Assembly: GCA_016214035.1 (NCBI GenBank)
Contig: JACRPF010000012.1
Location: 3,051-67,050, forward strand
Direction: 5' to 3'
DNA: 64,000 bases
Source: Spirochaetota bacterium
Lineage (GTDB): Bacteria; Spirochaetota; Brachyspiria; Brachyspirales; JACRPF01
Shown here: positions 18,700 to 27,859 of the stretch, one piece after another
How the letters are laid out: each line of letters begins with the position of its first letter
How positions within the stretch are numbered: the first letter of the stretch is position 1
Made by a program: the position numbers and the translations under genes
The notes under the pieces: generated by a model
The model's input: only the letters and a program-made list of their open reading frames with translations
Databases searched by the model: none
Told to the model about the DNA's origin: nothing

Positions 18700-19159
18700 A
18701 AGTCCCTCCGAAACACTTGATATGCATAAAATTATAACGCCATGGGGAATAATAGCAAGTGCGCGCTGGCGCGCGTGGAGTGGTGTTCGCGCTGACGTTC
18801 GGCTGGAAATATCTTTCTGAGCGCCATGCGCTCCTCAGCCGTCCATCCGTGGACGGATTCGTCGCATTCGCGGCATCGTGCCGCTTTCATGCAGATATAA
18901 CTCAACAATGAATGGCGCCTTATATTCATTTATTGTCAAACGTGCACGGCGCGCAGAAAGACATTTCCAGCCTCACTGCCGCGCTTTTGTGGGTGGTGGC
19001 AGGTGTAAATTCTGGTGTTTGTCCTTCCAACGCTCGAACGCTGGACGCTGCAGCATTTCCTGAAGTGACGATACAAAGATATGGGTTTCTGCCTTGCATT
19101 AACGGCTGTCTTATGGTACAAAACACTACGTCAGCACAACATACTTTAAAGGAATTTCT

Positions 19160-19609
19160 ATGAAACTTACAACACTTGTTCCGGCGCTGCAGACGGCAAT
19201 AGGACCGGTGATCGTAATCTCGGGTGTAGGGCTGCTCATCCTTTCGATGACCAACCGTCTCGGGCGCATCATCGACCGTGCGCGTCTGCTCGCGGAGAAA
19301 CGCCGTAACGGCTTGCCGGACGATGTGCGCAGGGCAGCCGCGCAGCTTACGATACTCTCACGGCGGGCGAAGATAGTCAGAAATGCTATTGCGTTTGCGT
19401 CACTCTGCATTCTTTTCACATCGGTGCTGATAATCACGATCTTTGTCATGGCGCTTGCCGGCAGCGACGGCGCGTCCGTCATCGCATCGCTTTTCATCGC
19501 GGCGTTCGTAAGCCTCATCATATCGCTCATATCGTTTCTCAGGGATATCAATATCTCGCTTACGGCGCTTGATGTGGAGATCGACCTTCCGGGCAGCACG
19601 AAGTCCTGA
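19160..19609 (+). CDS. DUF2721-like membrane protein
   Basis: 149 aa. N-terminal TM GPVIVISGVGLLILSMTNRLGRIIDRARLL is typical of DUF2721, and two C-terminal TM helices follow. SD AAAGGA. Confidence 0.65.
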   Translation: MKLTTLVPALQTAIGPVIVISGVGLLILSMTNRLGRIIDRARLLAEKRRNGLPDDVRRAAAQLTILSRRAKIVRNAIAFASLCILFTSVLIITIFVMALAGSDGASVIASLFIAAFVSLIISLISFLRDINISLTALDVEIDLPGSTKS

Positions 19610-19614
19610 GCGGC

Positions 19615-20361
19615 ATGACGTTCAGGAGCCTGAGGAAAGTCAATGCCGTGCGGGGCAGGCATGTCGTACCGCATACGCATGATCTTCTCGAGGTGGTGAT
19701 CTATGTCCGCGGCAACGGCGGCACCGTTATCGCGGGGAAACATTATCCCGTCCGCGAGAATGATTTTACCGTCATACCTGCGGGCATAGCGCACGATCAG
19801 ACGAACGACACCGATCTTGTTTCCATATGCGTCGAGTTCAGGGACAGCGGCCTTGAGCGGTTCACCGGTCTGTGGCATGACACCTCGGGTCTGATACGGC
19901 TTGCCGGCGAACATCTTCTCGCTGAAAAAAAACTTACCGACAAAGGGGCTGATGATCTTCGCACCGGATATGCATACGAGATCATCGGTCATGTCAAGCG
20001 CACGGTCGAAGGCACGGCGTCGGACAGGCGCGATGACGGCGTCCTGCTGCAGCGTTCGCTTGCCGTAGTCAGCAATCATAACGGCATGATAAGCGTGCGG
20101 GAATTGGCGCAGCAACTGGAAATGCCCGAACGGCGGCTGCGCGATCTCTACCGAAGCCGCATGAAAACGTCACCGATGAGGCATATCATCAACCAAAGGC
20201 TCGAGCATGCCCGCGCAATGCTGTGCGCAAAGAGCGGCAGCATCGAATCGATTGCGGCGGCGTGCGGGTTTGAGGACGTGGCGTATTTTACGAGGATATT
20301 CAAACGATATACGAACGTAACTCCGGCGCTGTTCCGGGCCCGGGCAAAAGCCGGAAGATGA
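19615..20361 (+). CDS. AraC-family regulator with cupin sensor domain
   Basis: Cupin-like PHTHDLLEVVIYVRGNG..IPAGIAHDQ. C-terminal HTH AAACGFEDVAYFTRIFKRYTNVTPALFR. Confidence 0.8.
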   Translation: MTFRSLRKVNAVRGRHVVPHTHDLLEVVIYVRGNGGTVIAGKHYPVRENDFTVIPAGIAHDQTNDTDLVSICVEFRDSGLERFTGLWHDTSGLIRLAGEHLLAEKKLTDKGADDLRTGYAYEIIGHVKRTVEGTASDRRDDGVLLQRSLAVVSNHNGMISVRELAQQLEMPERRLRDLYRSRMKTSPMRHIINQRLEHARAMLCAKSGSIESIAAACGFEDVAYFTRIFKRYTNVTPALFRARAKAGR

Positions 20362-20383
20362 CGGGCTGCGGGCGCGGTTCGCG

Positions 20384-21655
20384 TTACTGCATCACCGCAT
20401 GCTGCGCCAGAATGACAATGAAACCCGCGACATACCCGGCTACCGCAAGCGGGCCGATGCGTTTAGCGTACCAGAAAAAATCTATCTTCTCCATGCCCAT
20501 TGCCGCAACCCCGGCGGCGGATCCTATTATCAGCATGCTTCCGCCGGTGCCCGCGGTGTACGCGAGCATCTGCCAGAAGACGTTGTCCATCGGGTATACG
20601 GCATGCGGATACATGCTGATGACCGCGGCGACCAGCGGGACATTGTCCACAACCGCCGACAGTGCACCGATGCAGAACAGGATTATGTTCCGGTCTTTGA
20701 TCGTTGACGAAAGCGCGTCGGCGGCATGATGCAGAATGCCCGTCGCTTCAAGCGATGCCACCGCGATAAGTATGCCAAGGAAGAACAGGATACTGGTGGA
20801 ATCGATGCGCTGCAGCGCCTTCGCAACGGATAGTTTGGTGCGGTAGTCGTGTTCCTTGCCGCGATGCATGAGCTCGGTGATAATCCAGAGTACGGAAAGT
20901 CCGAGCAGTATTCCCATGTACGGCGGCAGATGCGTCAGCGCTTTGAAGACCGGTATGAGCACCAGCACACCGACACCCGTGAAGAAGACGATGTATTTCT
21001 CCGGCGAGACCACGCGTTCATTGCGGCTGGCGGCCGGTACGTCAACGGTGCCGCGCATCCCGAACGACAGAACGGTAAGCGGTACGATAAGGCAGGCTAT
21101 ACTGGGAAGGAACAGATGCGTCATGGTCTTCAGGGAACTGATATTTCCGGCTATCCAGAGCATGGTGGTGGTCACGTCGCCGATGGGCGTCCAGACACCG
21201 CCCGCGTTCGCGGCGATGATGACGATGCCTATGAAGGTGAGCCGGTCCTTGCGGTCGCTCATGAGCCGGCGTGTCATCGAGGTCATGACGATGGCCGTGG
21301 TGAGATTGTCGAGGACGGCAGAGAGAAAGAACGTCACCAATCCGATGATCCACAGGAGCAGGCGCTTGTTTCCGGTGGTGATGCGGCTGGTAATGACATC
21401 GAATCCGTCATGCGCATCGATAAGCTCGACGATGGTCATCGCCCCGAGAAGGAAGAAGACGATTTCGGCAATCACCCCGAGATGTTCCCTGAGTTTCGGT
21501 ATCGCGGCGGCATGTTCCGGCGTGAAGATGATGAACAGAACCCAGGTGATTACCCCGGTCGCCAGCGCTGTTGCGGCTTTATTGATATGAACGCCGTTTT
21601 CAAATGCGATCAGTATGTATCCGATCAGAAAGACCGAAATAATGGATAGTTCCAT
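20384..21655 (-). CDS. nhaD: NhaD/ArsB-superfamily Na+/H+ antiporter (copy 1)
   Basis: Trimmed to MELSIISVFLIGYILIAFENGVHINKAA (ATG at 21655). Polytopic. Close paralogue of 51143..52411 along its full length. Confidence 0.85.
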   Translation of the reverse strand: MELSIISVFLIGYILIAFENGVHINKAATALATGVITWVLFIIFTPEHAAAIPKLREHLGVIAEIVFFLLGAMTIVELIDAHDGFDVITSRITTGNKRLLLWIIGLVTFFLSAVLDNLTTAIVMTSMTRRLMSDRKDRLTFIGIVIIAANAGGVWTPIGDVTTTMLWIAGNISSLKTMTHLFLPSIACLIVPLTVLSFGMRGTVDVPAASRNERVVSPEKYIVFFTGVGVLVLIPVFKALTHLPPYMGILLGLSVLWIITELMHRGKEHDYRTKLSVAKALQRIDSTSILFFLGILIAVASLEATGILHHAADALSSTIKDRNIILFCIGALSAVVDNVPLVAAVISMYPHAVYPMDNVFWQMLAYTAGTGGSMLIIGSAAGVAAMGMEKIDFFWYAKRIGPLAVAGYVAGFIVILAQHAVMQ

Positions 21656-21773
21656 CAGCCGTCGCCTCACGCATGACTTTGTGTCTGTTGAATTTTTATA
21701 GTACAGGAACAGATGATATCTGTCAATGCGCATCATGAACCCGCCCGTCCGGATAAAAACGCGCGGGTAATGT

Positions 21774-21801
21774 TTGACATTCCGGGTATTTGTGATATCA
21801 T
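21774..21801 (+). promoter_or_regulatory. sigma-70-type promoter for yajC-secD-secF
   Basis: TTGACA (21774-21779), 16-nt spacer, TGaTATCAT extended -10 (hexamer 21796-21801). Confidence 0.5.
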
Positions 21802-21831
21802 CGCGCTACGTTTTATCTCTTCAAAAAGGAA

Positions 21832-22179
21832 ATGACTATGTTTACACAGGTTCTTTACGCACAGGGCGCAGCTCCCGCAGCAGGCGGTCAGGCCGGAATG
21901 ATGGGGATGATGCAGCTCCTGCTTATCGTCGGTATTTTCGTCATATTCTACTTCGTGCTCATCCGCCCGCAGCAGAAACAGCAGAAGATACTGCAGCAGA
22001 AGATTGCCGCACTCAAGAAGGGCGACAAGGTTGTTACCGCCGGCGGTATTTTCGGCGAATTCGTTTCCGACAAAGACGGCGGGAAAATCGCTATCGTGAA
22101 GATCAGCGATGAAGCCAAAATCGAGATTCTGAAAAGCTCTATCTCGACCGTTCTCGGCGACGACACTGCAAAGAAATAG
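21832..22179 (+). CDS. yajC: preprotein translocase subunit YajC
   Basis: 115 aa. Single TM followed by FYFVLIRPQQKQQK..LKKGDKVVTAGGIFG. Confidence 0.85.
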   Translation: MTMFTQVLYAQGAAPAAGGQAGMMGMMQLLLIVGIFVIFYFVLIRPQQKQQKILQQKIAALKKGDKVVTAGGIFGEFVSDKDGGKIAIVKISDEAKIEILKSSISTVLGDDTAKK

Positions 22180-22237
22180 TATTTCACGTATATAATGCAT
22201 TCCGCAGCGATGCGGGAATTCGTAATGGGGCCGTGCT

Positions 22238-23749
22238 ATGAGTAAAAATGTTAAGCTCGTTATCGTACTATTGTTGTTCGGCATCACCCTCTGGTTTTTG
22301 TGGCCGACACTGCAGTGGTATTCATTCACGCCGAAAGCGGAAAAAGAAAAGACAGAATATTCCATCGATACGATGATCAGTAAGGGATATACCAGCGAGC
22401 AGGTGACGCAGGTACTCAAACTGAAACGGCTGCGCAGCCAGGCGGTGAACCTCGGACTCGACCTTCAGGGCGGCATGCGTGTCGTGCTTGAGGCTGATTT
22501 CGACGATTACGCCAAACGCCTTGAAAAGAGCGTAAAGGAAATTACCCCCGAAGAGAAAAGCGACGGTATGGCCCGTCTTCTCGAGCGGCTTCGCGGACGC
22601 ATCGACAAGTTCGGCGTGAGCGAAGTGGGCATACGGCGTATGGACGATGCGCGCATCATCATTGAACTTCCCGGCGCGAAAGACCCCGACCGCATCATGG
22701 ACGTGATCAAGGCGAAAGGAAAGCTTGATTTCATGTTCGTCGACGAAGAGGCCACCAAGGCCATTTCCACGAACGACGTCTGGCTCGGTTCGTTTACGAA
22801 TTATGCAAAAGTCCCCGCGGGATGCACCAATCTGTATTTCTACGGCAAGAAAGACGAATTCCACCGCCGTGTACGCGGTGCGCCGCTTATCCTGAAAACC
22901 AACATTGTGCTTGCCGGCGACATGCTGAAAGAGGCGCGTGTGGGCAGCGGCGAATTCATGGAAGTTACCGTCGATTTCGAATTGAACGCCCAGGGCGCCG
23001 AGATATTCGGCGAAGTGACTGCGGCGAACATCGGTAAACAGCTCGCCATAGTGCTTGACGGGAATGTCATGAGCGCTCCGAACATCAGAAGCGAGATACC
23101 CGGCGGACGCGGCCAGATTAGCGGCGGTTTCGACGCGCAGGAAGCGCAGGACCTCGCCACCATACTCCGCGAGGGCGCACTCCCGCTCAGCATCAAGATA
23201 GGCCAGCAGGAGATCGTGGGTGAGTCGATCGGAAGCGATGCGGTGAAGGCCGGCGTAAAAGCGCTTATCATCGCCATTATCCTCATCGTCTCGTTCATGG
23301 TACTCCGATACAGGATCTCAGGCGTCATCGCATCGATCGCCATGGTCATCAACGTGATCATGACCATCGCGGTGCTTGCGCAGCTGCAATTCACACTCAC
23401 CCTCCCCGGTATCGCGGGTATAATACTTACCATCGGCATGGCGGTTGACTCGAATATCATCATGTTTGAGCGCATCCGCGAAGAGCTCAGAAAACAGCAG
23501 CCGATAAGCGAAGCGATACATCTCGGTTTCGACCGGGCATTCTGGGCTATTCTCGATTCGAATATGACCACGTTAATATCCGCAATGGTGCTCTGGTCGC
23601 TCGGTTCCGGCCCTGTGCAGGGCTTCGCGGTGACGCTGTTCTTCGGGGTGCTCATCAACCTCTTTACCGCAGTGTTCCTCATGCGGGTGATCTTTGATGT
23701 GATCCTGTCGATGAATCTTATCAAAGAAAAACACTGGCTGTTCATCTAG
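22238..23749 (+). CDS. secD: protein translocase subunit SecD
   Basis: 503 aa. N-terminal TM, large periplasmic domain, and a C-terminal 5-TM bundle with SecD/F motifs (GIAGIILTIGMAVDSNIIMFERIREE). Confidence 0.9.
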   Translation: MSKNVKLVIVLLLFGITLWFLWPTLQWYSFTPKAEKEKTEYSIDTMISKGYTSEQVTQVLKLKRLRSQAVNLGLDLQGGMRVVLEADFDDYAKRLEKSVKEITPEEKSDGMARLLERLRGRIDKFGVSEVGIRRMDDARIIIELPGAKDPDRIMDVIKAKGKLDFMFVDEEATKAISTNDVWLGSFTNYAKVPAGCTNLYFYGKKDEFHRRVRGAPLILKTNIVLAGDMLKEARVGSGEFMEVTVDFELNAQGAEIFGEVTAANIGKQLAIVLDGNVMSAPNIRSEIPGGRGQISGGFDAQEAQDLATILREGALPLSIKIGQQEIVGESIGSDAVKAGVKALIIAIILIVSFMVLRYRISGVIASIAMVINVIMTIAVLAQLQFTLTLPGIAGIILTIGMAVDSNIIMFERIREELRKQQPISEAIHLGFDRAFWAILDSNMTTLISAMVLWSLGSGPVQGFAVTLFFGVLINLFTAVFLMRVIFDVILSMNLIKEKHWLFI

Positions 23750-23752
23750 GGG

Positions 23753-24709
23753 ATGTCAATGAAAACAAATATACCCTTTACATCGTTCCTCAAGTTCTTT
23801 TTCGCGGTCACGATAGCGCTGTCGGTCGCTTCCGTGGGACTTATGCTGTACCAGTGGAAGACCGGCAGCATGGTGGTCGGTATCGACTTCGCCGGCGGCA
23901 TCGAACTGAAAGTGCAGTTCTCCGAAGCGAAGAATATCGCTGAACTCCGCGCGATTTTTGAAAAGAGCGGCGGCGGTGTGGATTTGCAGGAAGTCATCGG
24001 TACTGAACGCGGTCGTCTGTTCATCCTGCGCATGAAAGGTTCCACCGAGGATAACGCGGTATATACGCGGACAATTGCCGCGCTAACCGCGCAATTCGGC
24101 GCTGATAAATTCGCAGTGATTGGAAAGACCGCCATCAGCGGCTCTATGAGTAAAGATAATCTGCTCAAATCCGCGTTGATTGTGGCGCTGTCATGGGTGC
24201 TCGTATTCGCGTATATCGTTTTCCGCTTTGAGTTCAGGTATGCGTTTGCCGCGGTCATCGCACTGCTGCACGACGTTACGCTCTGTTTCGGTTTCATCGC
24301 GATTACCGGTATTGAATGGAATATTCTGACGCTCACGGCGATATTGACCATCATCGGTTATTCGAGCAATGATACGATCATCATCTTTGACCGCGTCAGA
24401 GAAAATGCGGCGATGAAGGGATTGTATCCGTCATACAAGGCGCTCATCGATGCGAGCGTCAATCAGACGCTTTCACGCACGATAGGTACCGCGGCGGTGG
24501 TCATACTGGTCACCCTGGCGATATTCTTCTTCGGCGGTCCGGTGCTGCACAGTTTCGGATCGGTGATGCTCGTCGGGCTCATCGCGGGAACATACTCAAG
24601 CGTGTTCGTCGCCTGTCAGATAGCCATCATGTTCGATAATCTTTCGAACAAAATGAAGAAAAAGGGCGCAGCGAATACTCCCGCCGCAGCGGTTGCCGCA
24701 GGAAAATAG
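23753..24709 (+). CDS. secF: protein translocase subunit SecF
   Basis: 318 aa. IIGYSSNDTIIIFDRVREN motif. Starts 4 nt after secD. Confidence 0.9.
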   Translation: MSMKTNIPFTSFLKFFFAVTIALSVASVGLMLYQWKTGSMVVGIDFAGGIELKVQFSEAKNIAELRAIFEKSGGGVDLQEVIGTERGRLFILRMKGSTEDNAVYTRTIAALTAQFGADKFAVIGKTAISGSMSKDNLLKSALIVALSWVLVFAYIVFRFEFRYAFAAVIALLHDVTLCFGFIAITGIEWNILTLTAILTIIGYSSNDTIIIFDRVRENAAMKGLYPSYKALIDASVNQTLSRTIGTAAVVILVTLAIFFFGGPVLHSFGSVMLVGLIAGTYSSVFVACQIAIMFDNLSNKMKKKGAANTPAAAVAAGK

Positions 24710-24711
24710 CA

Positions 24712-25278
24712 ATGGACAGGGAACGGATGCATGCGGTGCGGCTGCCGGCTGCGTGGCTGGTTTGTTTTTTCACGCTGATAATCGCAGGCTGCGGGCGTTC
24801 ACCGTCGCGCCCCGAGCATGTAAGTTTTGACGATATTATCATCTGCGCGGACAACAGTCTGCGTACACTCGCCGGATTCGCTCCGGGACAGGATCCGTCA
24901 AAGGTGGGGCGCTATTTTCCGAAAAGCGCATCCGCCGAGACGCTCCGAAAACCTGTTACCATAGCAGGGCGGGCGGGTGAGATAACGCTTTTCATCGAAG
25001 GGAAAACGGTGAGCCAGGTAACCGTGAGTTTCACCGCGCCGGTATCTGATACGCGCTTTGAACCGTTCGTAAAGCGTCTCTTGGAAGCGGTTGCCAAAAA
25101 GAAACCCACCTACAACGCACGCGATACGCAGGAAGACGACGCCGGAAAAGTGGTTGTCACCACGCTGACCTACTCGGACACCGGCGGTGTATTGACGGTA
25201 ACGCACGGCATTGCCAATGAATCGGAACAATTCATCACGCTCAGCCTGGGCGCGCAGAACCAGTCGCCCGTTAAGTAG
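24712..25278 (+). CDS. lipoprotein, hypothetical
   Basis: 188 aa. Signal peptide with lipobox LIIAG-C. Follows secF directly. Confidence 0.6.
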   Translation: MDRERMHAVRLPAAWLVCFFTLIIAGCGRSPSRPEHVSFDDIIICADNSLRTLAGFAPGQDPSKVGRYFPKSASAETLRKPVTIAGRAGEITLFIEGKTVSQVTVSFTAPVSDTRFEPFVKRLLEAVAKKKPTYNARDTQEDDAGKVVVTTLTYSDTGGVLTVTHGIANESEQFITLSLGAQNQSPVK

Positions 25279-25281
25279 TTT

Positions 25282-26400
25282 TTAGCGATACCTGCCGATC
25301 GCCCGTGCCGCCGCTGCGTAGGAGAGAATGTTTTCCTTCGGTGCATGAAAAAAGTGGTCACTCGGCATCATGATATAACCGCCGTTCTTTCCATATCCGT
25401 TGAAGGCGCGTTCCACATCTCGAAAAATATCATCCCGTGAGCCGTCCTCGATAATCTGGCTCTGATTAACACCGCCCATGAGCATCACACGGCTGCCGAG
25501 ACTGTTTTTCACCGTTACTTCGTCGATGTTGTCGCGGATATCTCCGCCGCAGGCAACCGGCGACAGCGTTTCCGATATATCACAGCCGTTCTCCGGAATA
25601 AGATTGAGCAGCTTCATCATGCCGCCGCAGGTGTGGTATGATATTTTGAGGTTGGGGTCCATATCGTGGAGGATGTCGTGCTGGCGCTTGTCGTACGGGA
25701 GACAGAACTCTTTGAACATATCGGGTGATATCACCGTGTTCGACGCGGCCCCGCCGCCGGTTTCTATCATCGAAAACATTCCTTTGAACGGAGCGATATT
25801 CTTCTTATAAAATTCGATCTTTTTCCTGAGCAGTATCTCCATGCATTCGTGAGTCCAGTCCGGCATGTCAAAGGCGAAGTATATCATCGTCTCCGTGCCG
25901 TACCACGAGCATGCGTCCTGCCAGGGCGACCCCTGCGGTCCGTTGGTGAACATCCGGCATATTCCGTTGTCGCCGAGTGCATCGCGTCGTTTCGCAACCA
26001 GTGCCGGATCGAGCTCGGGTGTCGGAAAATACCTGTCCAGCAGATAGATGTCCTCGGGTTTTTTCAGGAGATGTTCGGTGTCAGTGGTGGTGAAATAGGT
26101 GCGGACGCTTTTTTTCGTGAGCGTGCCGTCCGGCGTTGCAACGGTCGTCGTGATCTCGTCATTGCCGTCCTCGCGTTTCACTGCGGTGGATACGGTCTTC
26201 CAGTCCGGCGATGCAAGCGGCTTGTAACAGCCCGAAGGATACACGACGGCGTCAAGACCGGACATGGCGAATGCGTCGATATCATCGCTGCAGCCCATGG
26301 CCGTTTTAAGATGATATCCCTGCCATTGATGTACGGTTGCCGGTACGCGGTCCGGTATTCCGCCGGCGAGTACGGTGAGGAGACGTTCGCGGGAAGTCAT
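25282..26400 (-). CDS. uroporphyrinogen-decarboxylase (URO-D) family protein, paralogue A
   Basis: 372 aa. N-terminal MTSRERLLTVLAGGIPDRVP and SYHTCGGMMKLLNLI are typical of URO-D/MtaA-like TIM barrels. Confidence 0.8.
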   Translation of the reverse strand: MTSRERLLTVLAGGIPDRVPATVHQWQGYHLKTAMGCSDDIDAFAMSGLDAVVYPSGCYKPLASPDWKTVSTAVKREDGNDEITTTVATPDGTLTKKSVRTYFTTTDTEHLLKKPEDIYLLDRYFPTPELDPALVAKRRDALGDNGICRMFTNGPQGSPWQDACSWYGTETMIYFAFDMPDWTHECMEILLRKKIEFYKKNIAPFKGMFSMIETGGGAASNTVISPDMFKEFCLPYDKRQHDILHDMDPNLKISYHTCGGMMKLLNLIPENGCDISETLSPVACGGDIRDNIDEVTVKNSLGSRVMLMGGVNQSQIIEDGSRDDIFRDVERAFNGYGKNGGYIMMPSDHFFHAPKENILSYAAAARAIGRYR

Positions 26401-27536
26401 TAATATTTTCCGTACGTTCGCGCCGTTTCCACCATCGCATGAAGGTTCTCAAACGGCGTGTCGCGTCCGCACTGGTCGCCCGTGGAGAGCACAAAACGTC
26501 CGCCGGTCGCGGCGTCATCAATACACTTTTTACTTTCGCGGATGACATCATCCACCGTGCCTTTCAGCATGACCTCGGTGGTGTGGAGATTGCCTTTCAG
26601 CGTGAGTTTGGTGCCGTACTTCTGTTTGAGTTCCTTGAGGTTGCAGTCGCCCATCGGCGGTATCTCGAGCGGGTCGATGATGGTGAGCCCCGTTTCTTCC
26701 GCCATGAGTTTTACGAGTTCGGTTTCCGGTCCGCAGGAGTGTACGTGCGTCGGCATGCCGGCGGCTGTCGCAAGCTCAACGACGCGTTTGACTGCCGGGA
26801 ATGAGATCTTCCGAACCATCTCCACGGTGTTGAACACAAGCGTGCCGGAACCGCCCACGCTGATGAAATCCGGTTTCACATCGAGTGCCATGATGCGGGC
26901 GAATCGTTTCTCGGTGTGCTCAACACGCTGCGCCGCCCACGCCTCGTGCTTTTCAGGGTGATCATAGTAGTCATAGATGCCCTGCTCATTGCCGAATGCA
27001 CAGGTGCTGGCTCCGCCCCAGACACCGACGAGTCCCTGATCGCCCATGAGCGCCTTCACATGTTTGAGCCCTTCCGGTCCGCGGTCGACCTGCTTAACTC
27101 CCTCAAGCGGCTCAAAGCGTTCCGGCACCGGCCCAAGTCCCACCTTTGCCGGATCGACATTATGTGTGGGCGGATCGGCGACGTAGTAGACATTAACGCG
27201 GTCGCTCCATGTCCGTTTGCCATTCTCCTTGAATGAGCGCTGCGTGACGATGCGTTCGCTGTCTTTGAATACGATGAACGTCTCCCACGGGCGCTTGTCG
27301 GTATTCTCTTCGGGGAAGACAAGGGGGAAGTAACCGTCCATAAGCGAATCGATGTTGAAATACTTTGCGCAGGTGATATACGCCTCCCACGGCGGCGGGT
27401 CATTGTAGAGATACAGGTCCCAGAACGGTTTGCCGGTGAGGCGGCAGGGTATCATATTGGAGAAATCGGGCGCCACGGGAACACAGTCCGGTATCTCTCC
27501 TTTGAGCGTTTTCATGAGCCGTTCGCGGTTTGTCAT
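26400..27536 (-). CDS. uroporphyrinogen-decarboxylase (URO-D) family protein, paralogue B
   Basis: 378 aa. MTNRERLMKTLKGEIPDCVP..THVHSCGPETELVKLM. Its stop overlaps the start of paralogue A by 1 nt (TAATG). Confidence 0.8.
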   Translation of the reverse strand: MTNRERLMKTLKGEIPDCVPVAPDFSNMIPCRLTGKPFWDLYLYNDPPPWEAYITCAKYFNIDSLMDGYFPLVFPEENTDKRPWETFIVFKDSERIVTQRSFKENGKRTWSDRVNVYYVADPPTHNVDPAKVGLGPVPERFEPLEGVKQVDRGPEGLKHVKALMGDQGLVGVWGGASTCAFGNEQGIYDYYDHPEKHEAWAAQRVEHTEKRFARIMALDVKPDFISVGGSGTLVFNTVEMVRKISFPAVKRVVELATAAGMPTHVHSCGPETELVKLMAEETGLTIIDPLEIPPMGDCNLKELKQKYGTKLTLKGNLHTTEVMLKGTVDDVIRESKKCIDDAATGGRFVLSTGDQCGRDTPFENLHAMVETARTYGKY

Positions 27537-27676
27537 CGGTGTCTCCTTGCATTCTCAATGCATATAATATAGGCGATTACGGCGTTTCGGGCTACTTGCT
27601 GATTGACGGGAGATGTGGTATATTGATACGGCGCGTGCTTAGCATACCGCCAAAAAAGGAAGGATAGTCTTATATT

Positions 27677-27836
27677 CCGCGCCGGATGCGCGACAATAAC
27701 GTGTGGAAAAACCCTGCCCGCGTACGCCAGCGCAAGCCGTGGGGCAGGATGCCCCGAGGTGAGCGGCGGCAAGGATGCCGCGCAGCGAACGATGCCGGAT
27801 GCATCGCGAGAGCGACAATAATTCAGATAAAATACG
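27677..27836 (+). repeat. dispersed intergenic repeat family, copy A (longest)
   Basis: Shares three modules with 42247..42360 and 56171..56280: a (A)GCGCA-loop-TGCGC hairpin plus GACAATAA; CCCGCGTACGCYAGCGCMAGCSGT; and GGATGCNNCGCGAGMGCGACRRTAATTA. Copy A has extra internal GATGCC units. Confidence 0.6.
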
Positions 27837-27859
27837 TAATAGGAACGGCAGCCAGAATC

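Noticed and set aside
19126-20115. 329-aa minus-strand ORF spanning the DUF2721 and AraC genes
   Set aside because: It is antisense to two plus-strand genes with recognisable domain patterns (DUF2721; AraC cupin plus HTH). Its own product is low-complexity Arg/Ser/Ala-rich with no motif. This is typical shadow-ORF behaviour in GC-rich DNA.
20849-21649. Plus-strand ORFs of 244-266 aa, with counterparts at 51612-52268
   Set aside because: They are antisense to the two NhaD genes. Their apparent conservation between the two loci is simply a by-product of the NhaD paralogy.
27686-27859. N-terminal extension of the AraC ORF (MRDNNVWKNPARVRQRKPWGRMPRGERRQG...)
   Set aside because: It translates repeat copy A. 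The same DNA family occurs in non-coding contexts at 42.3 and 56.2 kb. The ATG at 27860 gives a normal AraC N-terminus.
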